From the NCBI GenBank assembly GCA_035495255.1, contig DATJGD010000074.1:318-64317 (forward strand): 64,000 nucleotides of DNA, read 5' to 3'. The DNA is from Bacteroidota bacterium. Lineage in GTDB: Bacteria > Bacteroidota > Ignavibacteria > UBA10030 > SZUA-254. How positions within the stretch are numbered: the stretch's first letter is position 1; the number at the start of each line of letters is the position of its first letter. The notes beneath the pieces are model-generated. The model did not search any database, was not told the origin of the DNA, and was given only the letters and a program-made list of their open reading frames with translations. A program made the translations under genes and the position numbers. Below, piece by piece: positions 17,892 to 27,389 of this stretch.

Positions 17892-19409
17892 ATGGCTAAA
17901 TTGTGTTTTGTCGTACTGCTTGTCGCATTGCTGGCCGGTCTGAGCACCGGAACTCAAGCTCAAACGATCACGTGGACCGGAGCCGGCGGCAACAATCAAT
18001 GGTTTTTTCCCGAGAATTGGGACCAGATGAGAATTCCCAATAATTTCGACGACGTGTATACGACCGGAGGGGAAATAAACGCCCCGATGGGCGGCTTGAC
18101 AGTCTACATCCGCTCCCTGCATGTCGGGCCCGGCAGCCTGCTTCTTAACGGAGTGCCGCTTACCATTACCTCGGACCTTGTCATCGATTCGAACGCAACC
18201 TTTGGAGGAGATTTCAGCCTCCTGACAGTGGGAGGCAACATGGTTATCAACGGCCAGCTCAACGCAGCCACATTGAACGCCCCTGAGATACATTGCGGCG
18301 GAGACTTTCTCCCCCGAACACCCTCGTCCTTTATCCCAGGAATTTCGACCGTCTATTTCTCGGCGACGTTCGGATACTTCAGCGGGCAATTCCACAATCT
18401 TCAGTTCATCAATGGCGGCGAGCGGCATTCAAACGGAAACGCCTGGGTCAGCGGAGTCTGCCAGATCGACGACGATATCTATCTGAGGCCGGAGGATACC
18501 CTGTACATTCAGGATACCGCGAGCACGGCCATCTACGGAAATGGGACCGTCGGTGACGGGGCGGTCTCGCGCGCCATCAACCCGGGATCCACCGACAGCT
18601 ACCGCTTTGAGAGCATCTCTACATATGTTCAGTTCAATGGAACCGGCACCTACCCGTCCGCCATCCTCATGCGCACGCATCCGAACGAAACTGCCGCGAC
18701 GTGCTTCGATGTGTGGCATCCGCTCACGAGCACAGTGAATCCCGCGCAGAATATTGTTACGACGCAGGGAGTTCACACGCTCGGCAATTGGGCGATCGGG
18801 GTGCGTAATTCGACGTCGCCTGTGATCAACCGCTATTTTGAAATGCAGGCGAACGGCGGCAGCTCTTTCAGCTGCAAGGTTTCGTTGCGGTACGAGAATA
18901 CCGAAATACCCGGCGGAACTCATGAAGATTCTCTCGTGATCCTGCGGTCCGATGCCATCTCACCGCCAATCGCGAATGCCCCGGGCTGGAACCTTGTCTC
19001 GATACCAACATCCAGAACTTCCTGCAACTTGAAAACAGATTATTTTCCCAATGCGGGATCGCCGGCATTCGCGTTCGACGGCAACACTGGCTCGTATCAG
19101 TCGAAGGATACGCTGGTTCCGGGCGTTGGATATTGGGTCAAGTTTGCGAGTTCCGGCACGCATGCCGCGCCGGGGCTCGAACGGCTCAGCGATACAATCC
19201 AGGTCTATCCGGGCTGGAACATGATCGGAGGATTGAGCAAGCCGATCGCGACGTCGGCGATTGTAACGATCCCTGCCGTCGGTTTGATCAACAGCCCCTT
19301 CTTTTCCTATGAGGGAAGTTACACCGCAGCCGATACGCTCGAACCGGCGAAGGGGTATTGGGTAAAGATCAGTTCCCCCGGGGGATTAATGATACTCAAT
19401 GGGAACTAA
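17892..19409 (+). CDS. secreted protein with C-terminal duplicated GWN..GYWVK module
   Basis: signal peptide (LLVALLAGLSTGTQAQT); C-terminal APGWNLVSIP..GYWVKF..GWNMIGG..GYWVKISSPG paralogous to C-termini of 85..2889 and 11542..13809. Confidence 0.7.
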   Translation: MAKLCFVVLLVALLAGLSTGTQAQTITWTGAGGNNQWFFPENWDQMRIPNNFDDVYTTGGEINAPMGGLTVYIRSLHVGPGSLLLNGVPLTITSDLVIDSNATFGGDFSLLTVGGNMVINGQLNAATLNAPEIHCGGDFLPRTPSSFIPGISTVYFSATFGYFSGQFHNLQFINGGERHSNGNAWVSGVCQIDDDIYLRPEDTLYIQDTASTAIYGNGTVGDGAVSRAINPGSTDSYRFESISTYVQFNGTGTYPSAILMRTHPNETAATCFDVWHPLTSTVNPAQNIVTTQGVHTLGNWAIGVRNSTSPVINRYFEMQANGGSSFSCKVSLRYENTEIPGGTHEDSLVILRSDAISPPIANAPGWNLVSIPTSRTSCNLKTDYFPNAGSPAFAFDGNTGSYQSKDTLVPGVGYWVKFASSGTHAAPGLERLSDTIQVYPGWNMIGGLSKPIATSAIVTIPAVGLINSPFFSYEGSYTAADTLEPAKGYWVKISSPGGLMILNGN

Positions 19410-19449
19410 GAGATGAGGAGAAGACTGGCCGGGAACACGAGTTGAGGGC

Positions 19450-20586
19450 CTACCCCAACCTGCTTTTGAACCTCCACACGCTCAGCGTAAGCACGCTGAC
19501 TCCGATCACGAACAGCGCAACAGCCTGCGGCCACAGCTCTGCGAGGCCGGAACCTTTCAGGAACAATCCCCGCACAATCTCCAGAAAATATCTCAGCGGA
19601 ATAAGGTACGTGATGACTTGAATTATCTTCGGCATGTTCGAAATCGGAAATGTAAAGCCCGAGAGATAGATGAAGGGCATGAAGAAGAAGAACTGAGCGA
19701 TGAGCATCGCCTGCTGCTGGGTTTTTGCGATCGTCGAAATGAACAGGCCCAATCCCAGCGTCGTCAGGATAAACAGCCCGCTGAGAAACCAGAGCGTCAG
19801 CAAATGGCCCCGCAATGGGACTTCGAACCAATAATGCGCGACGCCGAGCACCACCATGACGTCGATGAACCCGATAATGACAAATGGGATAAGCTTCCCG
19901 ATGATGAGTTCGTACGGTTTTATCGGTGTGACAAGAAGCTGCTCGAGCGTTCCCACCTCTTTTTCCCGCACAATACCGAGCGACGTCATCGTCATCGTGA
20001 TGATCATGAGCACGAACGCGACGACCCCGGGCACCATATAGTCCGTACTGGTGAGATCGGGGTTGAACCAGACGCGCGGCTCGGGAAGCACTCTTCCGCC
20101 GGGGGGCGGCCGTTTCATCAGCGAGTTTTCGATCACAACTGTTCTTGCGTACTGTCCGACGATCTGGTTGGCATACCCCAGGAGGATATTTGCCATGTTT
20201 CCGTCGCTTCCGTCCATGATCATTTGCACCTGGGCGGTGCGGCGGGCAGCGATGTCATTCCCGAAATTTACCGGAATTATCAGAGCGACAGCGGCCTTGC
20301 TCTTCTCGATGTATTCATTGACGTCGTTCGGCCCCTTGACCTGGTATTTTAAATCGAAATATTCAGAGTTCGTAAACTGCTCGATGAACTCCCTGCTCGT
20401 CGCTGTGCGGTCCATGTCGCAGACCACCATCGTGCCGTGCCTGATGTCGGTCGTAGCGGCATAGCCCAGAAGAAAGACCTGCATGACCGGCGCCACGAAC
20501 GACGTGATCATCATGCGTCGGTCCTGCCGGATCTGGTAGAACTCCTTCTTGACGATTTCGAGTATGATTTGAATGCTCTTTTTCAT
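19450..20586 (-). CDS. ABC-2 type transporter permease (YbhS/YbhR-like)
   Basis: N-terminal cytoplasmic segment, large periplasmic loop, six C-terminal TM helices; typical ABC-2 family layout. Confidence 0.85.
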   Translation of the reverse strand: MKKSIQIILEIVKKEFYQIRQDRRMMITSFVAPVMQVFLLGYAATTDIRHGTMVVCDMDRTATSREFIEQFTNSEYFDLKYQVKGPNDVNEYIEKSKAAVALIIPVNFGNDIAARRTAQVQMIMDGSDGNMANILLGYANQIVGQYARTVVIENSLMKRPPPGGRVLPEPRVWFNPDLTSTDYMVPGVVAFVLMIITMTMTSLGIVREKEVGTLEQLLVTPIKPYELIIGKLIPFVIIGFIDVMVVLGVAHYWFEVPLRGHLLTLWFLSGLFILTTLGLGLFISTIAKTQQQAMLIAQFFFFMPFIYLSGFTFPISNMPKIIQVITYLIPLRYFLEIVRGLFLKGSGLAELWPQAVALFVIGVSVLTLSVWRFKSRLG

Positions 20587-20649
20587 ACAGTATCTAGGAA
20601 TACGGCATAACCATTTGATGCGGTTGTACGCTCAAAACTTATCATCGAT

Positions 20650-20958
20650 TCAGAACAGGGACAAATAGTCTCTTGCGCCATGGAGTATCCGATGGACATA
20701 CATCGTCTGTCCCTCTATGACATAAAAGATGAGGTAGTTTTCTACAACGAGATATCGATAGTGAAGGCGAACAAGGTCCTCCTCCTCCGGCACTCGACCC
20801 GAATGAGGATTCTCGGCGAGCAGATCGAGATCGTTCTCAATTTTTGTGGCAAGTGCTTCTGCGGCTGATGGTCGATCGGCTGAGATATAGCTGATGATTT
20901 CGGCGAGATCATCCTCAGCAATCCGAAGCAGTTTGATGTTATATTTAGACCGACTCAC
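20650..20958 (-). CDS. type II toxin, ParE/RelE superfamily
   Basis: 102 aa; LLRIAEDDLAEIISYI..HSGRV..YRYLVVENYLIFYVIEGQTMYVHRILHGARD pattern typical of ParE plasmid-stabilisation toxins. Confidence 0.8.
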   Translation of the reverse strand: MSRSKYNIKLLRIAEDDLAEIISYISADRPSAAEALATKIENDLDLLAENPHSGRVPEEEDLVRLHYRYLVVENYLIFYVIEGQTMYVHRILHGARDYLSLF

Positions 20959-21217
20959 GAATTCGCTGTCGAATATCCTTCATAACAGCAGACAGGCTCC
21001 GACCTTTATCACCGTTTGCCCGTTGCGCCTGGGCAACAGCGAGCTTGCTGAAGAGTTCAAGCTTGAGCTGTAATTTACTGTACTGAGCCATGGACATCAC
21101 GACCATGTCTCCTTCACCATTTTTCGTGATGAAAATGGGCTCGCCGGATTTGTGAGCAAGCTCTGAAATTCGATTGGCCTTGTTTCGCAGATCAGAGATC
21201 GGTTTTATTATTGGCAT
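20945..21217 (-). CDS. type II antitoxin, Phd/YefM family
   Basis: 90 aa; MPIIKPISDLRNKANRISELAHKSGEPIFITKNGEGDMVVMSMAQYSKL; 14-nt overlap with downstream toxin gene. Confidence 0.75.
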   Translation of the reverse strand: MPIIKPISDLRNKANRISELAHKSGEPIFITKNGEGDMVVMSMAQYSKLQLKLELFSKLAVAQAQRANGDKGRSLSAVMKDIRQRIRESV

Positions 21218-21283
21218 GTTGGCTCCAAATTGTATATATCAATATAATATCATTTACATGAGAAAGTCAAAATCACGGGGCCT

Positions 21284-22414
21284 CTAGAGGCTTCTCTTCT
21301 GCATTCTCATCGAACTGATCCCCAGCGTCACAAGCGCGAATATCCCCATATAGACGAACTGATCCCATAACTCAAGAACACCGACCCCCTTGAGCATAAT
21401 TCCTCTCACGATGATGAGAAAAAACTTGTTCACCGCGATGTTGGAGAGAATCTGGAGAGCAATGGGCATGTTGCTGATCGGAAAAATAAATCCCGAGAGC
21501 ATAAACGACGGCAGGAGCGAGCTGAAGATCGACAGCATGAACGCGACCTGCTGCGAGTTCGTGACCGTCGAGATCAACAGGCCCTGGCCGAGCGCCCCGA
21601 GGAGCAGGACGAACACCGCGCCATAGAGCAGGAGGAGACTCCCGCGGATCTGCACATCGAAGAGCATATAGCCGAGGAGAAGAATGACCGTCGCGGTTCC
21701 AAGCCCGATGATCATGTAGGGAATCGTCTTTCCGAGGATTACCTGGTACGGGCGCAGCGGCGACACCATGATCTGCTCCATCGTGCCTCTCTCCTTTTCG
21801 CGAACGACCGTCAGGGAGGTCGATACCACCGCCGTGAGCATGAGGATAGAACCGATCAGGCCGGGCACAAGAAACTTCGACGAGATAAGATCGGGATTAT
21901 ACCAGACGCGCGGCCGGAAATCGATGGGGACATACTGCTGTATCCCCTTTCGTTCGAGCATCTGCGTCAGAAGTTTTCCGGAATAGCTCGACGTCAGGCC
22001 GGCGGCATATCCCAGGGCCTGGGCCGCTTTCGTATTGTCGGATCCGTCGATGAGGATCTGCACATGCGCGTCTCTCCCTGCCAGCACGTCCTCCGCGAAT
22101 TTCGTGGGAATGACGATGGCGACAACGGCTTTGCTATGCGCGAAGAGTTCTTCGGCCTCGTCATACGAATAAATCGTATAGCGATGGTCGAAATATTCGG
22201 TCTGCTTGAACGTCTTGAGGAAGTCGCGGCTTTGCGCCGTGTTGCTTTCGTCGAGGACGGCCATCGGAATGTGCCGGACGTCGAAGTTCAGGGCGTAGCC
22301 GACAAGGATGATGAGAAACGCGGGAAGAAAGAGCAGCATGCCGAGCGATGTGGGATCGCGGCGCACCTGCCGGAATTCTTTCACGATCACCGGACGTAAT
22401 GCCTTGAAGATCAT
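21284..22414 (-). CDS. ABC-2 type transporter permease
   Basis: paralog of 19450..20586; true start MIFKALRPV at 22414 forming an ATGA overlap with the upstream ATPase stop (the longer ORF-track 5' extension to 22612 is Arg/Gly-rich and spurious). Confidence 0.85.
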   Translation of the reverse strand: MIFKALRPVIVKEFRQVRRDPTSLGMLLFLPAFLIILVGYALNFDVRHIPMAVLDESNTAQSRDFLKTFKQTEYFDHRYTIYSYDEAEELFAHSKAVVAIVIPTKFAEDVLAGRDAHVQILIDGSDNTKAAQALGYAAGLTSSYSGKLLTQMLERKGIQQYVPIDFRPRVWYNPDLISSKFLVPGLIGSILMLTAVVSTSLTVVREKERGTMEQIMVSPLRPYQVILGKTIPYMIIGLGTATVILLLGYMLFDVQIRGSLLLLYGAVFVLLLGALGQGLLISTVTNSQQVAFMLSIFSSLLPSFMLSGFIFPISNMPIALQILSNIAVNKFFLIIVRGIMLKGVGVLELWDQFVYMGIFALVTLGISSMRMQKRSL

Positions 22415-23355
22415 GCCGCCTCCTTCTTTCCGCCGGGATCGCGGTCCAGCAGATAGAGAAATACATCTTCCAGCGACGGGATGATGCGCTCGATGTGGTC
22501 GACCTCGATGTTGCTCTCCAGGAGCGTCCTGGCAATCTGCAGCCGCCCCTCTCCCTCTTCGGCGACCATGACGTGGAGCTGCGTGCCGAAGATCGAAGTT
22601 TCCTTTGCCCACGGCTGCTGCCGCACAAGTTCAAGAGCCTCGACTACCTTGGTACAAGCAACTTCCAGAATCGGATACTTGATGTAGTCTCGTTTCAGGT
22701 CCGAAGGGCTGCCGCTGGCGATGAGCTTCCCGGCATTGATGAGAATAATATCGTTGCAGTATTCCGCTTCATCGAGAAAATGTGTCGTGACAAGAACCGT
22801 GATTCCCTCTGAGGACAGGCGGTTGATCAGCTCCCAAAAATTTCTTCGGGAGATCGGATCGACTCCCCCGGTCGGTTCATCAAGAAAGACAATCTTCGGC
22901 TGATGAAGTATCGCACAGCCGAGGGCCAGCCGCTGTTTCCACCCTCCCGAGAGGGTCTTCGTCAGACGGCCTTCGCTTCCCTGAAGATCGGCAAGCTGCA
23001 GCACCCATTGCATTCGCTCGTCGAGCCGGCTATTTCGCAGGCCGTACACGCCGCCGTAAAACCGGATGTTCTGTTCGACGGTGAGATCGTCATAGAGGGA
23101 AAAGCGCTGCGACATGTAGCCGATGTTCTGCTTCACGAGATCTGTCTGCCGCACGATGTCGTACCCGCCCACCGTGGCGGTTCCGGAGGTGGGCTGCAAT
23201 AATCCGCAGAGCATCCGGATCGTCGTCGATTTGCCGGCGCCGTTGGCGCCGAGAAATCCAAATATCTCTCCTTCCCGTACGCTGAAGCTCACCGCGTCGA
23301 CGGCGGTGAAGTTGCCGAATTTCTTGGAGAGCTGGTTGACTTCGATGGCGCTCAT
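22411..23355 (-). CDS. ABC transporter ATP-binding protein
   Basis: Walker A GANGAGKST, signature LSGGWKQRL, Walker B IVFLDEPT. Confidence 0.9.
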   Translation of the reverse strand: MSAIEVNQLSKKFGNFTAVDAVSFSVREGEIFGFLGANGAGKSTTIRMLCGLLQPTSGTATVGGYDIVRQTDLVKQNIGYMSQRFSLYDDLTVEQNIRFYGGVYGLRNSRLDERMQWVLQLADLQGSEGRLTKTLSGGWKQRLALGCAILHQPKIVFLDEPTGGVDPISRRNFWELINRLSSEGITVLVTTHFLDEAEYCNDIILINAGKLIASGSPSDLKRDYIKYPILEVACTKVVEALELVRQQPWAKETSIFGTQLHVMVAEEGEGRLQIARTLLESNIEVDHIERIIPSLEDVFLYLLDRDPGGKKEAA

Positions 23356-24275
23356 GCGGCCTTCGCCTTCGTGAGGAGAGAGATAAAAATGTTTTCCAGC
23401 GATGGTGCGATGACGCGGGAGTTTTCCACGGTAATGCCGTTGACCGCCAGACGGGCGATGATGCGGGGAATGTCCGATGAACTTTTATGTACGATGACAT
23501 TCAAACGGTCGCCGTAGGCCTGAACTTCTCCGATGCCGGGGTCGTTTTTCAAAATATTGTACGCGTCGCGGACCCGTTCGCAGACGATCTCGACAATTTC
23601 CCCTTTCATGAGTTTCTTGAGGTTCAGGGGAGTGTCGACGTGCATGATGCGTCCCTCGTTCATGAGCGCGACGCGCATGCAGCGCTCGGCTTCGTCGAGA
23701 TACGGGGTCGTCATGATGATCGTAATGCCGCTTTTCAATAAATTCTGGAGAATCCTCCAGAAGTCCCTTCGCGAGACGGGATCGACGCCCGTGGTCGGTT
23801 CGTCGAGAAAGATAATTTTCGGCTGATGGATGAGCGTGCAGGCGAGGGCAAGTTTTTGTTTCATGCCGCCCGAGAGCTTTTCGGCAAGGCGGTCGCGAAA
23901 CGGCTTGAGCCGCGTAAACTCCAGCAGTTCCTCGCGGCGCTGTTTGTAATCATAGACCTTGTTGATCTCCGCGAAGAACTCGATGTTTTCATCGATGCTG
24001 AGATCGCCGTAGAGGGTGAATCTCTGTGAGAGGTACCCGATCTCCGCTTTGACTTTATCGGGATCTTTGACGATGTCGCTGCCGAGGACCGTTGCCGTGC
24101 CGCCGGTCGGAGAGAGGATGCCGCAGAGCATCCGGATGGTTGTCGTTTTGCCGGAGCCGTCCGGGCCGACGATGCCGAACATTTCACCACGATTGACGGT
24201 GAGATCCAGCCCGTCAACCGCTTTTCTGTCGTCAAAAGATTTGGAGAGGCCGGTTATGACTATGACTTCGTTCAT
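23352..24275 (-). CDS. ABC transporter ATP-binding protein
   Basis: Walker A GPDGSGKTT, signature LSGGMKQKL, Walker B IIFLDEPT; 4-nt overlap with next ATPase gene. Confidence 0.9.
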   Translation of the reverse strand: MNEVIVITGLSKSFDDRKAVDGLDLTVNRGEMFGIVGPDGSGKTTTIRMLCGILSPTGGTATVLGSDIVKDPDKVKAEIGYLSQRFTLYGDLSIDENIEFFAEINKVYDYKQRREELLEFTRLKPFRDRLAEKLSGGMKQKLALACTLIHQPKIIFLDEPTTGVDPVSRRDFWRILQNLLKSGITIIMTTPYLDEAERCMRVALMNEGRIMHVDTPLNLKKLMKGEIVEIVCERVRDAYNILKNDPGIGEVQAYGDRLNVIVHKSSSDIPRIIARLAVNGITVENSRVIAPSLENIFISLLTKAKAA

Positions 24276-24302
24276 ACGCTCATCACGAAGCTGTAACCAG
24301 GG

Positions 24303-25217
24303 TCATTCTCTCCTCAATGCCGCGTCCGCCGGCATCCCCGGCTTGAGGATTCCGTGCGGGTTGTCGATCAGAAGCTTCACCGCGAAGACAAGCTTCGAGC
24401 GCTCTTCTTTTGTCTGAACGTTTTTCGGGGTAAATTCCGCCGTCGATGAGATGAAGTTCACCGTTCCGGCAAACGAGCTGTCTTTGTAGGTATCGATCGT
24501 GACACTCGCCGTCTGCCCGAGCCTGATACTGCCCAGATCGGACTCGCCGACATAGATCGTGAGTTTGACAGCCTGGAGATATGTCACGCGGAGGAGGTTG
24601 GCGCCGACAGTAACGAACTCGCCCCGTTCGACAGATTTTACTGACACGACTCCGTCGGAGGGAGATACGACATTACAGTCGCGGATTTTCTTGCGAAGCT
24701 GGTCGGATTGCGCCTGTGCCTGCTCGCGCCGTGCGCGCGCGCCAAGAATTTCCTCCTGCCGCGAACCGGTCTGGAGCTTCCGGTACCCTTGTTCGGCGGA
24801 GACGTATCGCGCTTTCGCGTCGTCGTACTGTTTCTGCGTCACCGTATGCGAGGCGAGCAGCGACTCCATGCGTTTAAAGTCCTCTTCGGCATTTTTGAAG
24901 GCGGCTTCCGCCTGCGCGATGTCTTCTTTTCGCGGGCCTTCGACGGTGAGCTTGTATTGCGCAACCGCGGCGTCTTCATTTGCCAGAGCCTGGCGAAGCT
25001 GGATCTGAAAATCTGTATCGTCGATAACCAGGAGCGTGTCTCCGGTTTTCACGCGGGTTCCTTCATCGGCGCGAAGGTCTTTTATTTTCCCCGCAACTTC
25101 GGCGGCGATGGTGGTTTCGGTCCCTTCGATCGTCCCCGACGCCGTGATGTTATTCTTATCGTCTTTGCTGCACCCGGCAACAAAAAAAAGTGCAGCGAGA
25201 AGGAGAAGTGATCGCAT
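24303..25217 (-). CDS. HlyD-family periplasmic adaptor (YbhG-like) lipoprotein
   Basis: start MRSLLLLAALFFVAGCS (lipobox) at 25217; coiled-coil region and beta-barrel C-terminus typical of HlyD/membrane-fusion proteins. Confidence 0.8.
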   Translation of the reverse strand: MRSLLLLAALFFVAGCSKDDKNNITASGTIEGTETTIAAEVAGKIKDLRADEGTRVKTGDTLLVIDDTDFQIQLRQALANEDAAVAQYKLTVEGPRKEDIAQAEAAFKNAEEDFKRMESLLASHTVTQKQYDDAKARYVSAEQGYRKLQTGSRQEEILGARARREQAQAQSDQLRKKIRDCNVVSPSDGVVSVKSVERGEFVTVGANLLRVTYLQAVKLTIYVGESDLGSIRLGQTASVTIDTYKDSSFAGTVNFISSTAEFTPKNVQTKEERSKLVFAVKLLIDNPHGILKPGMPADAALRRE

Positions 25218-25221
25218 GATA

Positions 25222-26439
25222 TTATCGTAAGATTGGAACAATTTCCGTCTGCCGGGGCTCGCCCGGGACGACGACTTCCCGGTTTTTGGAAATGTACACA
25301 TTCAGCTCGCTCCGGATGCCAAAGTCTCCCATAAAATATATTCCGGGCTCGATGGAAAATGAAGTTTCCGGAATAATTGAACGCTCGTCGCGCGTTTCGA
25401 GATTATCGATATTCGCTCCGCTCCCGTGGAGGTCTTCCGTGATCGAATGTCCTGTCCGGTGAATAAAATATTCTCCGTAACCTGCTTTGTTGATTACGCT
25501 GCGGGATGCGTCATCCACGTCGCAGCCGCGGACCGTCTTCCCTTCGGCAAATGACTTTTTCAGATAATCGACCGCCGCATCGCGGGCATCCCGGACGACG
25601 TTGAAGACCTTCGTGTATTTTTCAGGCACGGAGGTTCCGAGATAACCGGTCCAGGTGATGTCATTGAACGTGGAACCCGGTGTATCCTTCTTGGCCCAGA
25701 GATCGATGAGAACGAAGTCCCCCTCGTGCAATTCGGAATGAACGTCGGCAGTCGGCTCGTAATGAGGATTGCCGCTATTCGCATTCACGGAACAATTTGG
25801 CGCCTCCATCGTCTTAAGGCCGTTGTCGGTAAACCGTTTGGCCATAAACTGTTGAACATCGTATTCGGTGATTCGTTCCTTGCGCGAGATGCGCTGCTTC
25901 ATGAATCCGAAGGCCTCGTCGACAATGCCGCGCATGATTTTTGCGGTGACAAGATTATCGCCGTATGCCTCTTCGGACCATCGCGCTTCAAAGTACTGTG
26001 TAAGATTCATCGAGGAGACGATAGTGACGCCGGTCTTCCGGATCATCTCGATTGTGCCGGCATCGACTTTGGAGATGTAGGGAATCGCGTTCGACGGCGA
26101 GTATTCCATCGCGATCGACTTCACGTTCCTGAGAATTTTCGCGAGCCCCTCTTCGAGCGACTGCCAGCTCAGATAAATCGTTTTTTCTCCGGGCAAATGG
26201 TCGAGGTTCCAGCGCTCGATGCTGTGGACAAGCTTTTGCGGCGTGCCATTTGCAGGGACAAGGTAGAAAAAACGACGCGTGTTAAGAATATGTTTCGGAC
26301 ATTCGAGGATTCGCTGGGCGTACTCGTTCCGTTTCCAGAAATCGTAGAACAGCCACGCCTCGATCTTGTTTTCTTTGAGTGCTGATTGGATTGATTGAAT
26401 TTTTGCGGCGGCGGCAGGAGTAGGCTGGATCTCTGACAT
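25222..26439 (-). CDS. M24 family metallopeptidase (Xaa-Pro aminopeptidase-like)
   Basis: C-terminal pita-bread fold motifs (DLWAKKD.., FIHRTGHSITEDLHGSG, SIEPGIY); start MSEIQP at 26439. Confidence 0.8.
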   Translation of the reverse strand: MSEIQPTPAAAAKIQSIQSALKENKIEAWLFYDFWKRNEYAQRILECPKHILNTRRFFYLVPANGTPQKLVHSIERWNLDHLPGEKTIYLSWQSLEEGLAKILRNVKSIAMEYSPSNAIPYISKVDAGTIEMIRKTGVTIVSSMNLTQYFEARWSEEAYGDNLVTAKIMRGIVDEAFGFMKQRISRKERITEYDVQQFMAKRFTDNGLKTMEAPNCSVNANSGNPHYEPTADVHSELHEGDFVLIDLWAKKDTPGSTFNDITWTGYLGTSVPEKYTKVFNVVRDARDAAVDYLKKSFAEGKTVRGCDVDDASRSVINKAGYGEYFIHRTGHSITEDLHGSGANIDNLETRDERSIIPETSFSIEPGIYFMGDFGIRSELNVYISKNREVVVPGEPRQTEIVPILR

Positions 26440-26584
26440 ACTAAGGCTGTTGGTTGTGCGTATAATTGCATGAATATACGCAGGATGGAAGGAAGAAACA
26501 AAAAAGCCCGGCGTGTCAACACCCATTGTGACCTGCGCAACATTCTCCGTTGCACGTCGCAACAAACCGACGTATTTTCGGGAG

Positions 26585-27013
26585 ATGCCTGATCGCCGCT
26601 ATAGAATTGTCATCTTTGATGACAACGAATTGTTGGGGATTACCCTCTGGCGGGAATTCCACGCCACCGGATACGAAGCATATTACCTCCGCTCAAAAGT
26701 CAACGGGCTCGACTGGATAAAGCAGTATCACCCGGATCTCATTATCTCCGACATCGAATCGCCGGAATTGGATGGATTCGAGTTTCTCAGGATCCTCAAG
26801 AGCGATCCGGCCGCATCACAAATTCCATTTATCTTCCTGACTTCCCGGGCGAGCCTCGAATCAGCGATCGAAGCAAAGAACATGGGCGCAGCTGATTTTG
26901 TCAGCAAGCCCTACGACCCGACAGACCTCCAGGAAGTCGTACGCAGGGTGCTGCAGGAGCATTCCGGACACGACCTTCATGCAAGCACGAGCGGGAAAAT
27001 GCCGATGTACTGA
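26585..27013 (+). CDS. single-domain response regulator (CheY-like receiver)
   Basis: IVIFDDNE acidic pocket, phospho-acceptor in PDLIISDIESPELDG, FIFLTS, DFVSKPYD. Confidence 0.8.
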   Translation: MPDRRYRIVIFDDNELLGITLWREFHATGYEAYYLRSKVNGLDWIKQYHPDLIISDIESPELDGFEFLRILKSDPAASQIPFIFLTSRASLESAIEAKNMGAADFVSKPYDPTDLQEVVRRVLQEHSGHDLHASTSGKMPMY

Positions 27014-27059
27014 GCTTTTTCTTTTGAACCACCATACACACCAACAACCGGGAGCATTC

Positions 27060-27389
27060 ATGCACAGCAAGAAATTTAAGATCCTTCACCTCGACGACGA
27101 ACGCGAGCTTGGAGCAACTCTCCAGCAGGAGCTGGTGAATAAGGGATATGAGGCGTACTTCCTGCAATTAAAAACTGCCGGAGTAGATTGGATACGGAAC
27201 AATCAACCTGACCTCATTGTCTCTGACATCAGATATTTCGATACCGACGGATTCGAGTTTCTGCGGAACCTGCAATCCGATCCCGTGACATGCAAAATTC
27301 CCTTTATATTTCTCACAGGCTCTGCCGATCTCAATTTTGCGATGTCTGCAATGACGTCGGCGCATGCCACTTGCAACCGGGAGAACTAA
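27060..27389 (+). CDS. receiver-domain protein, C-terminally short/degenerate paralog
   Basis: KILHLDDE, PDLIVSDIRYFDTDG, FIFLTGS, but it ends before the conserved K of the receiver fold; GGAG RBS before the ATG. Confidence 0.6.
   Translation: MHSKKFKILHLDDERELGATLQQELVNKGYEAYFLQLKTAGVDWIRNNQPDLIVSDIRYFDTDGFEFLRNLQSDPVTCKIPFIFLTGSADLNFAMSAMTSAHATCNREN

Noticed and set aside
22415-22612. Arg/Gly-rich N-terminal extension of the permease ORF. Comparable extensions sit at 25218..25301, 26440..26565, 30767..30874, 55799..56101 and 38473..38592
   Set aside because: The ORF track reports the longest ORF and uses alternative start codons (e.g. a TTG reported as M at 61952). Internal ATG starts preceded by a proper signal peptide, an RBS or an ATGA overlap are far more plausible.
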